A DNA stretch of 32,000 bases from Halogeometricum borinquense DSM 11551 (GCF_000172995.2 NC_014736.1:60001-92000), one strand, 5' to 3'; counted from the first letter of the stretch, positions 15,449-24,378 are shown. Numbers and translations are program-made. The notes: a model not told the origin generated them from the sequence alone.

Positions 15449-18400
15449 CCACTCCCCCGACGATTGACGACCGCGAAGAAGAGGACCTGTTCGATGAGTT
15501 GGTAGACCGAGCAGACGTATACACCGACGACTGGGACCCTCATACGTCAGATACCGGCCAGACAATCCTTCGAATTTTCTCTACCTTCGAGGCCGATGTC
15601 CGGAATCGCCTCAACAGCGTCCCACAGAAACACCGAATCGGCTTTCTCAACGCGTTCGGATTCGACCGTCGTCCCCCGAAGGCCGCCAGAGTTCCGCTCA
15701 CGTTCCACGTTCCGGGAGACCTCGACCGGAACGTCGTCATCCCCGGTGGCACGCAGGCAGTCGCCGGCGCAGGCGACACCTCACAACTCTTCGAGGTACC
15801 ACGCAACAAAGGGTTCGAGGCGACGGGCGCGTCACTGACAGATGTCATCGCTGTCGATCCCGCCGAAGACGCCATCGTAGACCACTCCTCGGTGCTTGAG
15901 TCAACGGAGTCGGTCGAACTCTTCGTCGGTGAGAATCTTCAGCAACACCACCTTTACGTTGCGAACGAGGACGCGTTGAACCTCCAGCCCGGCTCCATGC
16001 TCTCGATTACTGCGCAGGTCGATATCGAGACCGAGGCATTCGCGGACGCGGTCGTCTGGGAATACTACGGCGAAGACGAATCCGGAGACGAAGGGTGGCA
16101 TCCACTTGTACCGCCACAGAAACGAGCCAACACTGCCACGGCCGACAGCGGCATCGAAGCGGTCAAAGAGCAACTCCGGGAGCGCGATTCGTCCGACTAC
16201 GACACACTCGCCGGATCCCAATCCGTCTCGGGAAGCGTAGCAGCCGATCAATCAGTATACGAAGGGACCTTCCAGATTCCGGGGACAATCACCAAACGGT
16301 CGGTCAACGGGATCGAAAGCCGGTGGCTTCGCTGTCGTCTGACTGATAGAAACAGAGACGTTTTCTCCACGTCGGTTCGAGACTTGGCGGTTCACGTCGG
16401 AAGCACCGACGACGTGAACGGTCTCGAACCAGATCACCTACTGTCGAACGACGTGCCGCTCTCCACTGACGACGGCAACATCAAGCCACTCGGCCAACTG
16501 CCACAACCGCCCACCTCCTTTTACGTCGCCTGCGAAGAAGCGTTCACGAAGTCCGGAGGCACCATCACCCTCAAATTCCATCCGCCGGAAGAGGACAGTG
16601 ACACGTCAAGCGACGAGTCGGACAGTACCGACGGTTCTGACTCAGCGGGCAGCAGCGCTGGACGCGGTGCCGACATCGGAGTGATCGGCGGAGAGCCGCG
16701 ACTCTCCTGGGAGTACTGGAACGGTGACGGGTGGGCACAACTCGACTCCGTCAACGACGAGACGGATACGTTCCACAACGCGGGTACCGTCACGTTTCAG
16801 GTACCCGACGATATCGATCCGACAACCGTTTCCGGGCACGAGAACGTCTGGATTCGGGCCCGCCTCGTCAGCGGAAACTACGGACAGCCCTCGATTAACG
16901 TACCGGAGAACGACGTGTTCGACGGACTCAACAGCGATCCGGACCCGCCGGTGTTCGGTGATGTCTCGATTCAGTACGAGCACCGCGGCCAGCCCTTCGA
17001 TACGGTGTTCCGACACAACAACGCGTCGTACAGCGATGATCTCACGGAACGAATCGAGGCGTACGCTCCCTTTCAGGACCTTCCCGACGACGGACAGACA
17101 GTCTACCTCGGATTCGACGACAGCTTGCACGATGGACCACTCACGCTGTTCGTTCCCATCGACGACACGACGTATCCGCAGTCGTTCGACCCCGGAATGG
17201 AGTGGGAGTACTGTACGAGTCCGTCGGAGTTCTCCTGGACGGAACTCGACGTTCGAGACCGAACCGGTGGCTTCACCGAGCGCGGTATCGTCACGCTGAC
17301 CTTTCCCGAGGAAACCACTGCATTCGACTTGTTCGGTCGCACCCGGCACTGGATTCGGATTCGAACGACGCAAGACGAGTTCGAGCGCCCCGAAACAGCC
17401 CAGCAGTCCCAAGGACCGGCAACAGCCCGAACCGTCGCTGACCGGTCGAGTCGAACGACGACGCCGCCGCTTCTGGAGGGACTGCATCTCAACACGCGAT
17501 GGGCGTACAACAAGCGGACAATCGAAGACGAGATTCTCGGGTCATCAGATGGCTCTCACGACCAGTCGTTCCGGTGTGCGCACGCCCCGATGATCACGAT
17601 TGAGGTGTGGGTAGACGAGGTCTCGACGCTATCTGCGGGAGAGCGACGTACGTTACTCGAAGAACGACCCAACGATGTCGAACGGGTGTTCGATGATCGA
17701 GGAGACCTCGCTGAATTCTGGGTCCGGTGGACGAACGTCGAGGACTTCCTCGACTCGGGGCCGACGGACCGACACTACGTCGTTAACAAGACCCTCGGAA
17801 CGATCGAGTTCGGGAACGGGGACAACGGAGCGATTCCGCCGAGCGGACAGGACAACGTACGAGCGACGTACACCACCGGAGGCGGGAGCGATGGCAACGT
17901 CGATGCGGGGTCGGTATCGGATCTAAAGAGCTCGATTTCGCTCGTCGACGACGTGTCGAACCCCGAATCCGGCGATGGTGGCGCTGACGTTGAATCGATA
18001 GACGCGCTCGTGTCGCGGTCTGCAAACCGAATCAAGCACCGCGGGAAAGCCGTCACGCCATCGGATTACGAGCAAGTCGCACTGTCGGAATTCAGAGAGC
18101 TATCGACCGTAAAGTGCGAATCCACGTCGGACGGAGACGAGACGCGAGTAACCGTGATAATCGTCCCCGAAACAGAACGTGACAAACCGGTTCCGTCGAT
18201 GGCGTTGAAACACCAAGTCAGAGATGTCTTGACCGACTGTGCGCCGGCCACTGTCGTCGAATCCGACGACATGGATATCGTCGTTCGCGGACCGGGATAC
18301 GCGGAGATTTCCGTTCAGGCGACGATCCGCGCGCCGAATCTCAAGAGCGTGTCGTTGTTGAAACAGACGATACGCCGAGAACTCGACGAGTACCTCCACC

Positions 18401-18639
18401 CACTGACTGGCAAAGACGGGAAGGGCTGGTCGTTCGGTGAACTCCCCAGTTCCGACACACTCGTTCAGCGCCTCAACGACCTTGAAGAGGTCGCAGAGAC
18501 GGTCGAAGCGACGACGTACGTCGAAATAAACGGTGAGCGCCGTGCACTCACCGAACGGACAGCAGACGAGATTCTTCCGCAGAACACCCTCGTCTGCAGT
18601 GGCCAGCACGATCTCAGAATCACCATGGACATGGAGTGA
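15445..18639 (+). CDS. Large Baseplate_J-like baseplate assembly protein (gp6/gpJ/Afp11-like)
   Basis: ATGA overlap with the gp25 gene, 1064 aa. The N-terminal motif is IDDREEEDLFDELVDRADVYTDDWDPHTSDTGQTILRIFSTFEADVRNRLNSVPQKHRIGFLNAFG. The C-terminal gpJ-like region is GGSDGNVDAGSVSDLKSSISLVDDVSNPESGDGGADVESIDALVSRSANRIKHRGKAVTPSDYEQVA. It contains an acidic low-complexity insert, EEDSDTSSDESDSTDGSDSAGSSAG. Confidence 0.85.
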   Translation: MTTPPTIDDREEEDLFDELVDRADVYTDDWDPHTSDTGQTILRIFSTFEADVRNRLNSVPQKHRIGFLNAFGFDRRPPKAARVPLTFHVPGDLDRNVVIPGGTQAVAGAGDTSQLFEVPRNKGFEATGASLTDVIAVDPAEDAIVDHSSVLESTESVELFVGENLQQHHLYVANEDALNLQPGSMLSITAQVDIETEAFADAVVWEYYGEDESGDEGWHPLVPPQKRANTATADSGIEAVKEQLRERDSSDYDTLAGSQSVSGSVAADQSVYEGTFQIPGTITKRSVNGIESRWLRCRLTDRNRDVFSTSVRDLAVHVGSTDDVNGLEPDHLLSNDVPLSTDDGNIKPLGQLPQPPTSFYVACEEAFTKSGGTITLKFHPPEEDSDTSSDESDSTDGSDSAGSSAGRGADIGVIGGEPRLSWEYWNGDGWAQLDSVNDETDTFHNAGTVTFQVPDDIDPTTVSGHENVWIRARLVSGNYGQPSINVPENDVFDGLNSDPDPPVFGDVSIQYEHRGQPFDTVFRHNNASYSDDLTERIEAYAPFQDLPDDGQTVYLGFDDSLHDGPLTLFVPIDDTTYPQSFDPGMEWEYCTSPSEFSWTELDVRDRTGGFTERGIVTLTFPEETTAFDLFGRTRHWIRIRTTQDEFERPETAQQSQGPATARTVADRSSRTTTPPLLEGLHLNTRWAYNKRTIEDEILGSSDGSHDQSFRCAHAPMITIEVWVDEVSTLSAGERRTLLEERPNDVERVFDDRGDLAEFWVRWTNVEDFLDSGPTDRHYVVNKTLGTIEFGNGDNGAIPPSGQDNVRATYTTGGGSDGNVDAGSVSDLKSSISLVDDVSNPESGDGGADVESIDALVSRSANRIKHRGKAVTPSDYEQVALSEFRELSTVKCESTSDGDETRVTVIIVPETERDKPVPSMALKHQVRDVLTDCAPATVVESDDMDIVVRGPGYAEISVQATIRAPNLKSVSLLKQTIRRELDEYLHPLTGKDGKGWSFGELPSSDTLVQRLNDLEEVAETVEATTYVEINGERRALTERTADEILPQNTLVCSGQHDLRITMDME

Positions 18640-18643
18640 TACG

Positions 18644-20584
18644 ATGGGTATCGACATCCCAGAACTCGACGACCGGAGCTACGAAGAGTATCTTGAGCAG
18701 GCGAAAAAGCTGATTCCGGCCTACTCGGACGAGTGGACGGACTTCAATCCGCACGACCCGGGGATCACCATACTCGAGGTCCTCGCGTGGGTAACCGAGA
18801 CGCATACCTATCAGCTGGATCAGATTACGGACGACCACCGTGAGAAGTACCTCCAGTTGATGGGAGAGCATCGGCGGTTGCAAGAACCGGCATCGGCGCA
18901 ACTCTCGTTGTCTCCGCCGGATTCCGCAGTCGGGGAACGGCTTCCAGCAGGAACCAGATTCCTCGTCACTGATGGAACTAACGACACCTACCGGTTCGAA
19001 ACCGACCACGACATCGTGTTAACCGACGTCTCTCTCGAACGAGTCGTCACAGTCGGTGCGACCGGCCGAACCGACAACAGCCAAGAAAACGGGACCGACG
19101 GCATGTTCTATCGAGCGTTCGGGAACACCGTCGAACGCGGGGACACGCTGTACATCGGGTTCGACGGCGATCCGTTCGCAGCGGCAGAATCGCTCACGTT
19201 GGCCGTAGATTATCACGATGCCGATCTTCCGGAACCAACCGAAATCGGGTCCGACGACGTGTCGTTCGAGCCGTCAGTCGAACTGCAGTGGGAGTATCTA
19301 CCGCCGGACGGCGATAGCTGGATGCGACTCAACATCGCCGCCGACGGGACGAACGCACTGTACGAAAGCGGAGCCATCGAACTGACAGACCCCGAAGAGT
19401 GGCGGTTCCCCCGGGGAGACGGTGACCTCCTCGACATCGAATCCTCGGATCTCGTTTGGGTCCGGTGTCGCGTGGAGACGGCCGGATACGAGATTCCACC
19501 TCAGTTGGACCGAATCCAACCGAACGTCGTCTCGGCAAGTCATCGCGTAACCGTCACCAACGAGAGAGTAGAGCAGGTTGCGTCGCTCGGTGAGCCAACC
19601 GCACTCGACGGCCAAACGTACAAGACCGAGCACACGTCGATCCTTTCGGCTGACGTTCGAGTTAACGGAGAGCGGTTCGTCGAAGTACCCGACTTCGACG
19701 CGTCCGGGCCAACCGACCCACACTACTGTTTAGACCGAGATGCGGGACGGATCACGTTCGGCGACGGCGAACACGGAAGCGTTCCGCCCGCCGACGCGAC
19801 CGTGACGGCAGATTACGTTTACGGCGGCGGCGACGAGGGGAACGTCTCGCCCACCGCTGTCTGGCAGTTCGAGGATCCGTCCCAGTCGCTCACCGAGACC
19901 ACATCGCTGAGCGACATCGAGATCACAGCCACCAGTGCTGCCACGGGCGGCACGGATCGAGAGACGATCACGGAGGCACTCGAACGAGTCCGTCAGGATC
20001 TCCGCACACCCTATCGTGGCGTAACAGTCGATGACTACGAAGCGATTGCGTCACGGACGCCAGGTGTGAGAGTCGGCCAGACGAACGTTCTCGTCGATGG
20101 CGAACAGGTTACGGTCGTCGTCGTCCCGTACGCACCACCGGACATCTCGACACCGAAACCAAGCGACGGATTCCTCGATACTGTCCGTCAGCACGTTACC
20201 CAGCGAGCGATGCTCGGCGATCAAGTGACAATCAGCGGCCCGACGTACGTCGGACTCGACATCACTGTCTCCGGACAGGCCCGTCCGAGGTACACGGACA
20301 ACGGCTATGAAGCGGACATCCGAGCGGCTATCGAATCGTTCGTCCACCCCTTGATCGGATTCGACGGCGACGGCTGGCCGTTCGGTCGGAGTTTGAAGAC
20401 CGCAGAGATTGCCGAGCAGGTTACGGCGCTCGACGGCATCGATCACGTCTCGGATGTGGAGATAACGGCACACGGCGGGACGACGATCAACGGGACTGTT
20501 TCGATCAGTGACCAAGAACTGTTTTCAGTAGTGAACGTCTCAACGAATCTGGAAGTGCCGACAACAGACGACAGAGGTCGATAA
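18644..20584 (+). CDS. Second Baseplate_J-like baseplate assembly protein (paralogous N-terminal motif)
   Basis: The track ORF starts at 18533, inside the upstream gene. I prefer the in-frame ATG at 18644, 4 nt after the upstream stop (18637-18639): MGIDIPELDDRSYEEYLEQAKKLIPAYSDEWTDFNPHDPGITILEVLAWVTETHTYQLDQITDDHREKYLQLMG. This is the classic N-terminus of putative baseplate assembly proteins. The gpJ-like part is GGGDEGNVSPTAV...ATGGTDRETITEALERVRQDLRTPYRGVTVDDYEAIA. Confidence 0.82.
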   Translation: MGIDIPELDDRSYEEYLEQAKKLIPAYSDEWTDFNPHDPGITILEVLAWVTETHTYQLDQITDDHREKYLQLMGEHRRLQEPASAQLSLSPPDSAVGERLPAGTRFLVTDGTNDTYRFETDHDIVLTDVSLERVVTVGATGRTDNSQENGTDGMFYRAFGNTVERGDTLYIGFDGDPFAAAESLTLAVDYHDADLPEPTEIGSDDVSFEPSVELQWEYLPPDGDSWMRLNIAADGTNALYESGAIELTDPEEWRFPRGDGDLLDIESSDLVWVRCRVETAGYEIPPQLDRIQPNVVSASHRVTVTNERVEQVASLGEPTALDGQTYKTEHTSILSADVRVNGERFVEVPDFDASGPTDPHYCLDRDAGRITFGDGEHGSVPPADATVTADYVYGGGDEGNVSPTAVWQFEDPSQSLTETTSLSDIEITATSAATGGTDRETITEALERVRQDLRTPYRGVTVDDYEAIASRTPGVRVGQTNVLVDGEQVTVVVVPYAPPDISTPKPSDGFLDTVRQHVTQRAMLGDQVTISGPTYVGLDITVSGQARPRYTDNGYEADIRAAIESFVHPLIGFDGDGWPFGRSLKTAEIAEQVTALDGIDHVSDVEITAHGGTTINGTVSISDQELFSVVNVSTNLEVPTTDDRGR

Positions 20585-20586
20585 GC

Positions 20587-22794
20587 GTGGATTTCTCGTA
20601 CATAACGACGACGAGTGACGCAGATTGGGCGAACGGCGTACTGGACAACGTCGAAGTTCGAAACGGTGGTGTTCGTCTAGCGACGAAAACGGCAACTCGC
20701 CGGTACGAGGTGGCGACAGGCGTTCGTGACGTTGCCGCCGACCCCGACGGAGTCCTGTACACGATCCGAAACGAGGGTGGTGTGTTCCGGTACGATCCGA
20801 CCACCGAATCCCGGGAGCAACTTCTCAAGCGCACGGACAGAACCATCCAAGAACCGTGCGCGATCTGTGCGAGTTCGAACAGGGTGTTCGTCTGTGATGC
20901 CGACGACGGCACGATCACAGCGCTTTCACCACGACTCCATCGCGTCGTTGGAACGCTTCGTCCGAATCTCCGCGAACCGAGAGCCCTCGCGTACGGAGAC
21001 GGGACAATCTATGCGCTCACCGCAGACGGACTCGTCGCCATCGACCGAGACGGAACTGCCAGCACCGTATTCGACGACGAACTTACTGACCCGATAGACT
21101 TCGCAGTTCGAGAGAACGCGATATACGTGCTGGATAGCGATGCACGCGGACGCTCTCTTCGAGCGCTCGGTGATTCGGCTGAAACCGGACGTGACTCGCT
21201 CCCCGGGCAGGATACCGACTTTGGATTCGGTGACGAGGCATTCACTCCCGCATGTGTAACAACACTGGGAGAGAAGTTGGTCGTGGCAGGTCCGTTCGAC
21301 AACGCGGACGAGTACGGGATATTCGTGTACGACGCGGCGACCGCCGCGTTCGAGCAACGGGTCGAACTCGACGCACAGCCCCGGAAGATGGTTGCGCAGT
21401 CGGGAGATCCGGACAAACAGACGCTGCATGTAGTAACTGGTGACGAGAGAACCTGCCACGGGTTCCGAGCGCTCAACGAGTATGTGAACCATCCCCAGCA
21501 GAATCGGCACGTCGGGACAGCGATACTCCGCTACGACTCGGGCACGAAGGCAATCGACTGGCATCGGCTAACCCTCGGCATCATTCGGTCGTCAGCCAGC
21601 ACACAGGTCCGACTGCGGTACGTCGCAACCGACGAACCGCCGGTACTGGAACTCGATGCCGACGCCTTCGAAGAGATGTCACCGGACGCCGCGGAAACGC
21701 TGCGCGAGGCAGGTATACAGTCGATGTGGGAGTTCGTGACTGCCGATCCGGATTCGCTGGTGTCAGCCGATACGGAGTTCAGTCGCAACGAGATCAAATC
21801 GTGGCAAACGCAGGCAGGTTCGGAGTTAGCGTCGCACGCGGCATCGGAATGGACCACGAGTGACGTGATCGATCCCGAGGATATCCTCTTGGAGGATGCG
21901 AGCGGGCGATATCTGTACGTCGCCGTCGAACTGCTCGGGACACCGGAGGCATCACCGCTGGTCGATTCGGTTCGAGCGTACTGTCCACGCACGTCGTACC
22001 TCCGCTACATGCCGGAGATCTACCAGAACGACGAGCAGTCGGCGGCGTTCCTCGAACAGTATCTCTCCGTGATGGAGAGTTCGTTCGTCGATATCGAGTC
22101 TGAGATCGAATCTATCGGTGAACACTTCGATCCGTACGGCGTGTCGAGCGAATCACTGGCGTGGCTGGAGAGTTGGCTGGCCGCAGATATCGGACGGGAG
22201 TGGCCCGAGAGCGCTCGGCGCGAACTGCTTTCCCGCGCTCCCGAACTGTACAAAAAGCGGGGAACGAAAGCCGGATTGCTCGAACTGATTCGGCTGTACC
22301 TCCGGCATACGAATCCCAGATCGAATGCTCCGTCCCGTCGGCCCGCCCTCGAAGCGTCTCGGCTGCCTGACAGCGATACCGTGACGAACGGAGTCACGGC
22401 TACCGAATCCGAGCAAGACGGACAAGACGGCGGAGCATCGGACTACCGGCTGTTCTTCGTGGAGCGCACCGACCTCGATGCAGTCGATGATGACGTAGTG
22501 GACCGTCAGTATGGGTCGTTCCTTTCGGGGAGTCGGTCGTTCGCAGTGTTCTGCGGAGAACTGGATTCGGACGCGCAACTCGAAGGATTACAGGACATCG
22601 TTGACGCAGAGCGGCCAGCGCACGTCGATGGGACCGTGGTCGAATTCGAAGAGGAGTTCATCCTCGGGGAAAGTTCGTTCCTCGGACTCAACACCCACTT
22701 GACGTCGCGGGAGTTCACGATGGGCGAAGCCCGACTCGGCGAGGACACCGTCCTCTCGCCCAGAGGTGCTTCGGAGTCTCCGACCAACTCCTGA
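20587..22794 (+). CDS. Baseplate/tail protein: N-terminal beta-propeller-like repeats fused to a P2 gpI-like 'phage tail protein' domain (Afp12-like)
   Basis: GTG start 2 nt after the previous stop, 735 aa. It has 5-6 NHL-like repeats of ~45 aa (DPDGVLYTIRNEGGVFRYDP; EPCAICASSNRVFVCDADDGTITALSP; EPRALAYGDGTIYALTADGLVAIDRDG; DPIDFAVRENAIYVLDSDARGRSL; ...). The gpI-like signature is YLRYMPEIYQNDEQSAAFLEQYLSVMESSFVDIESEIESIGEHFDPYGVSSESLAWLESWLAADIGREWPESARRELLSRAPELYKKRGTKAGLLELIRLYL. Confidence 0.8.
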   Translation: MDFSYITTTSDADWANGVLDNVEVRNGGVRLATKTATRRYEVATGVRDVAADPDGVLYTIRNEGGVFRYDPTTESREQLLKRTDRTIQEPCAICASSNRVFVCDADDGTITALSPRLHRVVGTLRPNLREPRALAYGDGTIYALTADGLVAIDRDGTASTVFDDELTDPIDFAVRENAIYVLDSDARGRSLRALGDSAETGRDSLPGQDTDFGFGDEAFTPACVTTLGEKLVVAGPFDNADEYGIFVYDAATAAFEQRVELDAQPRKMVAQSGDPDKQTLHVVTGDERTCHGFRALNEYVNHPQQNRHVGTAILRYDSGTKAIDWHRLTLGIIRSSASTQVRLRYVATDEPPVLELDADAFEEMSPDAAETLREAGIQSMWEFVTADPDSLVSADTEFSRNEIKSWQTQAGSELASHAASEWTTSDVIDPEDILLEDASGRYLYVAVELLGTPEASPLVDSVRAYCPRTSYLRYMPEIYQNDEQSAAFLEQYLSVMESSFVDIESEIESIGEHFDPYGVSSESLAWLESWLAADIGREWPESARRELLSRAPELYKKRGTKAGLLELIRLYLRHTNPRSNAPSRRPALEASRLPDSDTVTNGVTATESEQDGQDGGASDYRLFFVERTDLDAVDDDVVDRQYGSFLSGSRSFAVFCGELDSDAQLEGLQDIVDAERPAHVDGTVVEFEEEFILGESSFLGLNTHLTSREFTMGEARLGEDTVLSPRGASESPTNS

Positions 22795-22887
22795 TCGGGC
22801 AACTGCTAAACGCGGGGCCACAACTTGGCAGAAATCCGCCGATCCGGTTCGACGGCCAGACGCCCGGATTGTCTGTTCACGTAACTG

Positions 22888-22893
22888 TTTTTT
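22888..22893 (+). terminator. Oligo-T tract, candidate archaeal terminator of the baseplate operon
   Basis: A T6 run (aactgTTTTTTctgc) lies 94 nt after the stop at 22794, in an otherwise GC-rich context. Archaeal RNAP terminates at oligo-T. There is no experimental support. Confidence 0.3.
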
Positions 22894-22916
22894 CTGCACG
22901 AAATTCAGTAGTAAAG

Positions 22917-22924
22917 AATTATAT
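22917..22924 (+). promoter_or_regulatory. TATA-box-like element upstream of the full-length DUF4157 effector gene
   Basis: aattatat is centred about 30 nt upstream of the ATG at 22951. This spacing fits a leaderless or near-leaderless haloarchaeal transcript and supports both an independent promoter for the effector array and the 22951 start. Confidence 0.35.
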
Positions 22925-22950
22925 GGAACGCCTGTCAATTCAGCGTAACG

Positions 22951-24378
22951 ATGGGATTTCGGACCGCACGAGAGAACACCACCGAGACCGAGCGGTCCTC
23001 GATATGGAGCCGCGACGAATCGGACTCGTCACGGCACCAACGCCACCGTCGGGGGCCTCGCTTCACGGCCCAAGAGTGCGAGGACTTGTTCGGGATCGAC
23101 ATGTACATGGACGGGCTGGAGGTCAAAGTCCAGCGTCTCGCCGATAGCCACGGCGCGGGCCAAGTCCGGCAGTGGGCCGACGAGGGAATGACCGTGGACA
23201 CGATGGGCAAACCGCGCGACATGCGCGCGTTCCGCGAGCGCCAGAAAGAACGGCCCGCGGAAGTACCCAAAGATATCGAGCGGCGGAACGCCAAATCTGT
23301 CCAGCGCAGTCGCGGCGCGCATCATGAGGCGTCGAAGGCTGGCGACGCGAACGTGCCCGATTCGGTTCGGGATATTATCTCCTCGCCCGGCCAGCAACTC
23401 GATGCAGGTATTCAGCAAGCGATGGAAGAGCGCATGGGTGACAACCTGGGCGACGTGCGCATCCACACAGGCCCACAGGCCGCGAAAGCCTGTGAAGACA
23501 TCAACGCCCGCGCGTTCACCGTCGGGAATCACATCGCGTTCAATCACGGCGAGTATGATCCGAGTTCGGCAGAAGGCCAGCACGTGCTTGCCCACGAGTT
23601 AGCGCACGTTCGCCAGCAGACCGGCGGCGCAGTGTCGATGCTTCCGCAGACGGGTGCGTTGGAAATCGACCCCGACGAGCGGCTGGAGCGTGAGGCTGAG
23701 GAGACCGCTCAACGCGTGATGCAAGGCGGGAAAATCGGCGTCCATCGGATGCACAACTCCGACGTGCATATTCAGCGAATGCCCGCCGACATGGTCCCAG
23801 AGGCACTGGAGATGTTCAAAGCCGAGAACCAAGGCGGTGCCGTCGGATCGTTCCAACAGCGTCAGAATCAAGAACGCATCGAGTTCATCGAAGAGCAAGT
23901 CGAGCAGAAGCTCAAGAATCTGGATACTCTCCAGAACTCGCTGACCGACCAGGACGAACAAATACTCGATGCTCGGGCTGAGGGAGAGGAAGAACTCGTC
24001 GCTGATCTCCAAGCAGCGAAGACGGCAATCCAAGAGCGCATCAGCGAACTGTACGCCACCATCGAGGACAAAGCCGACCAGATCGCGTTGACCGACGAAC
24101 AACGCGAAAAGTTGTACGGTGACACCGACTTCGACGGTGGCGAGTTCGCCATGGAGTTCGGCTGGACACTGTTCAAAGCGGGCATGTCTCTCGTTCCTGG
24201 CTTTGGCATCGCTATCGCTGGGCTCGAAATCAGCGAAACGCTGTTCCGAGAGACGATGAAACAAACCGACGGGTCACTCGCTGAACGACTCACCCAGACT
24301 ATGGACATCCTCGTCAAGAGCGGCAAGACTGGAACGGGAGACTCGCAGGGTGTCGGTAGCAGTAGGAGGGATGCATAA
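22951..24378 (+). CDS. Full-length DUF4157-domain (HExxH, zincin-like) CIS effector candidate with coiled-coil and C-terminal hydrophobic module
   Basis: 475 aa. The DUF4157 core spans about nt 23353-23620: [97 protein letters not shown] is encoded at 23593-23607. After DVHIQRM (23761-23781) come a heptad-rich acidic region and a Gly-rich hydrophobic segment, [25 protein letters not shown] (24157-24231). The exact start is uncertain (alternative ATG at about 23101). Confidence 0.85.
   Translation: MGFRTARENTTETERSSIWSRDESDSSRHQRHRRGPRFTAQECEDLFGIDMYMDGLEVKVQRLADSHGAGQVRQWADEGMTVDTMGKPRDMRAFRERQKERPAEVPKDIERRNAKSVQRSRGAHHEASKAGDANVPDSVRDIISSPGQQLDAGIQQAMEERMGDNLGDVRIHTGPQAAKACEDINARAFTVGNHIAFNHGEYDPSSAEGQHVLAHELAHVRQQTGGAVSMLPQTGALEIDPDERLEREAEETAQRVMQGGKIGVHRMHNSDVHIQRMPADMVPEALEMFKAENQGGAVGSFQQRQNQERIEFIEEQVEQKLKNLDTLQNSLTDQDEQILDARAEGEEELVADLQAAKTAIQERISELYATIEDKADQIALTDEQREKLYGDTDFDGGEFAMEFGWTLFKAGMSLVPGFGIAIAGLEISETLFRETMKQTDGSLAERLTQTMDILVKSGKTGTGDSQGVGSSRRDA
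23491..23781 (+). repeat. Homology stub, copy 1 (3' half of the DUF4157 domain plus linker up to the HIQRM junction)
   Basis: The 291 nt recur at 25292-25582, with about 23 mismatches by hand alignment, mostly at third codon positions. Nt 23644-23722 are identical to 27398-27476. Confidence 0.85.

Noticed and set aside
18533-18643. Track start codon at 18533 for the second gpJ-like gene
   Set aside because: It would overlap the upstream gene by 107 nt and add a basic, non-conserved 37-aa extension. The ATG at 18644 lies 4 nt after the upstream stop and yields the canonical N-terminal motif.
12753-18657. Antisense and off-frame ORFs inside the baseplate genes (for example 12753..13241 -, 13811..14275 -, 16642..17487 -, 18100..18657 -, 14001..14501 +)
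   Set aside because: They overlap genes with strong phage-tail family signatures and tight operon spacing. None carries a recognisable motif.
12283-22794. Interpretation as a prophage tail module or as a type VI secretion system (VgrG and PAAR present)
   Set aside because: A prophage is unlikely because the 32 kb contain no capsid, portal, terminase, integrase or lysis genes, and dedicated effector genes follow. A T6SS is unlikely because the LysM tube initiator and the gpJ/gpI-type wedge proteins are the eCIS/PLTS configuration. There are also no TssB/C, TssK, TssJLM or ClpV-like genes, and the context looks archaeal. Neither can be fully excluded without the flanking sequence.
23029-24326. 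Minus-strand ORFs of 152-221 aa (23029..23595, 23599..24264, 23868..24326) inside the full-length effector gene
   Set aside because: They are antisense to an ORF with an unmistakable DUF4157/HExxH signature and they carry no motifs.
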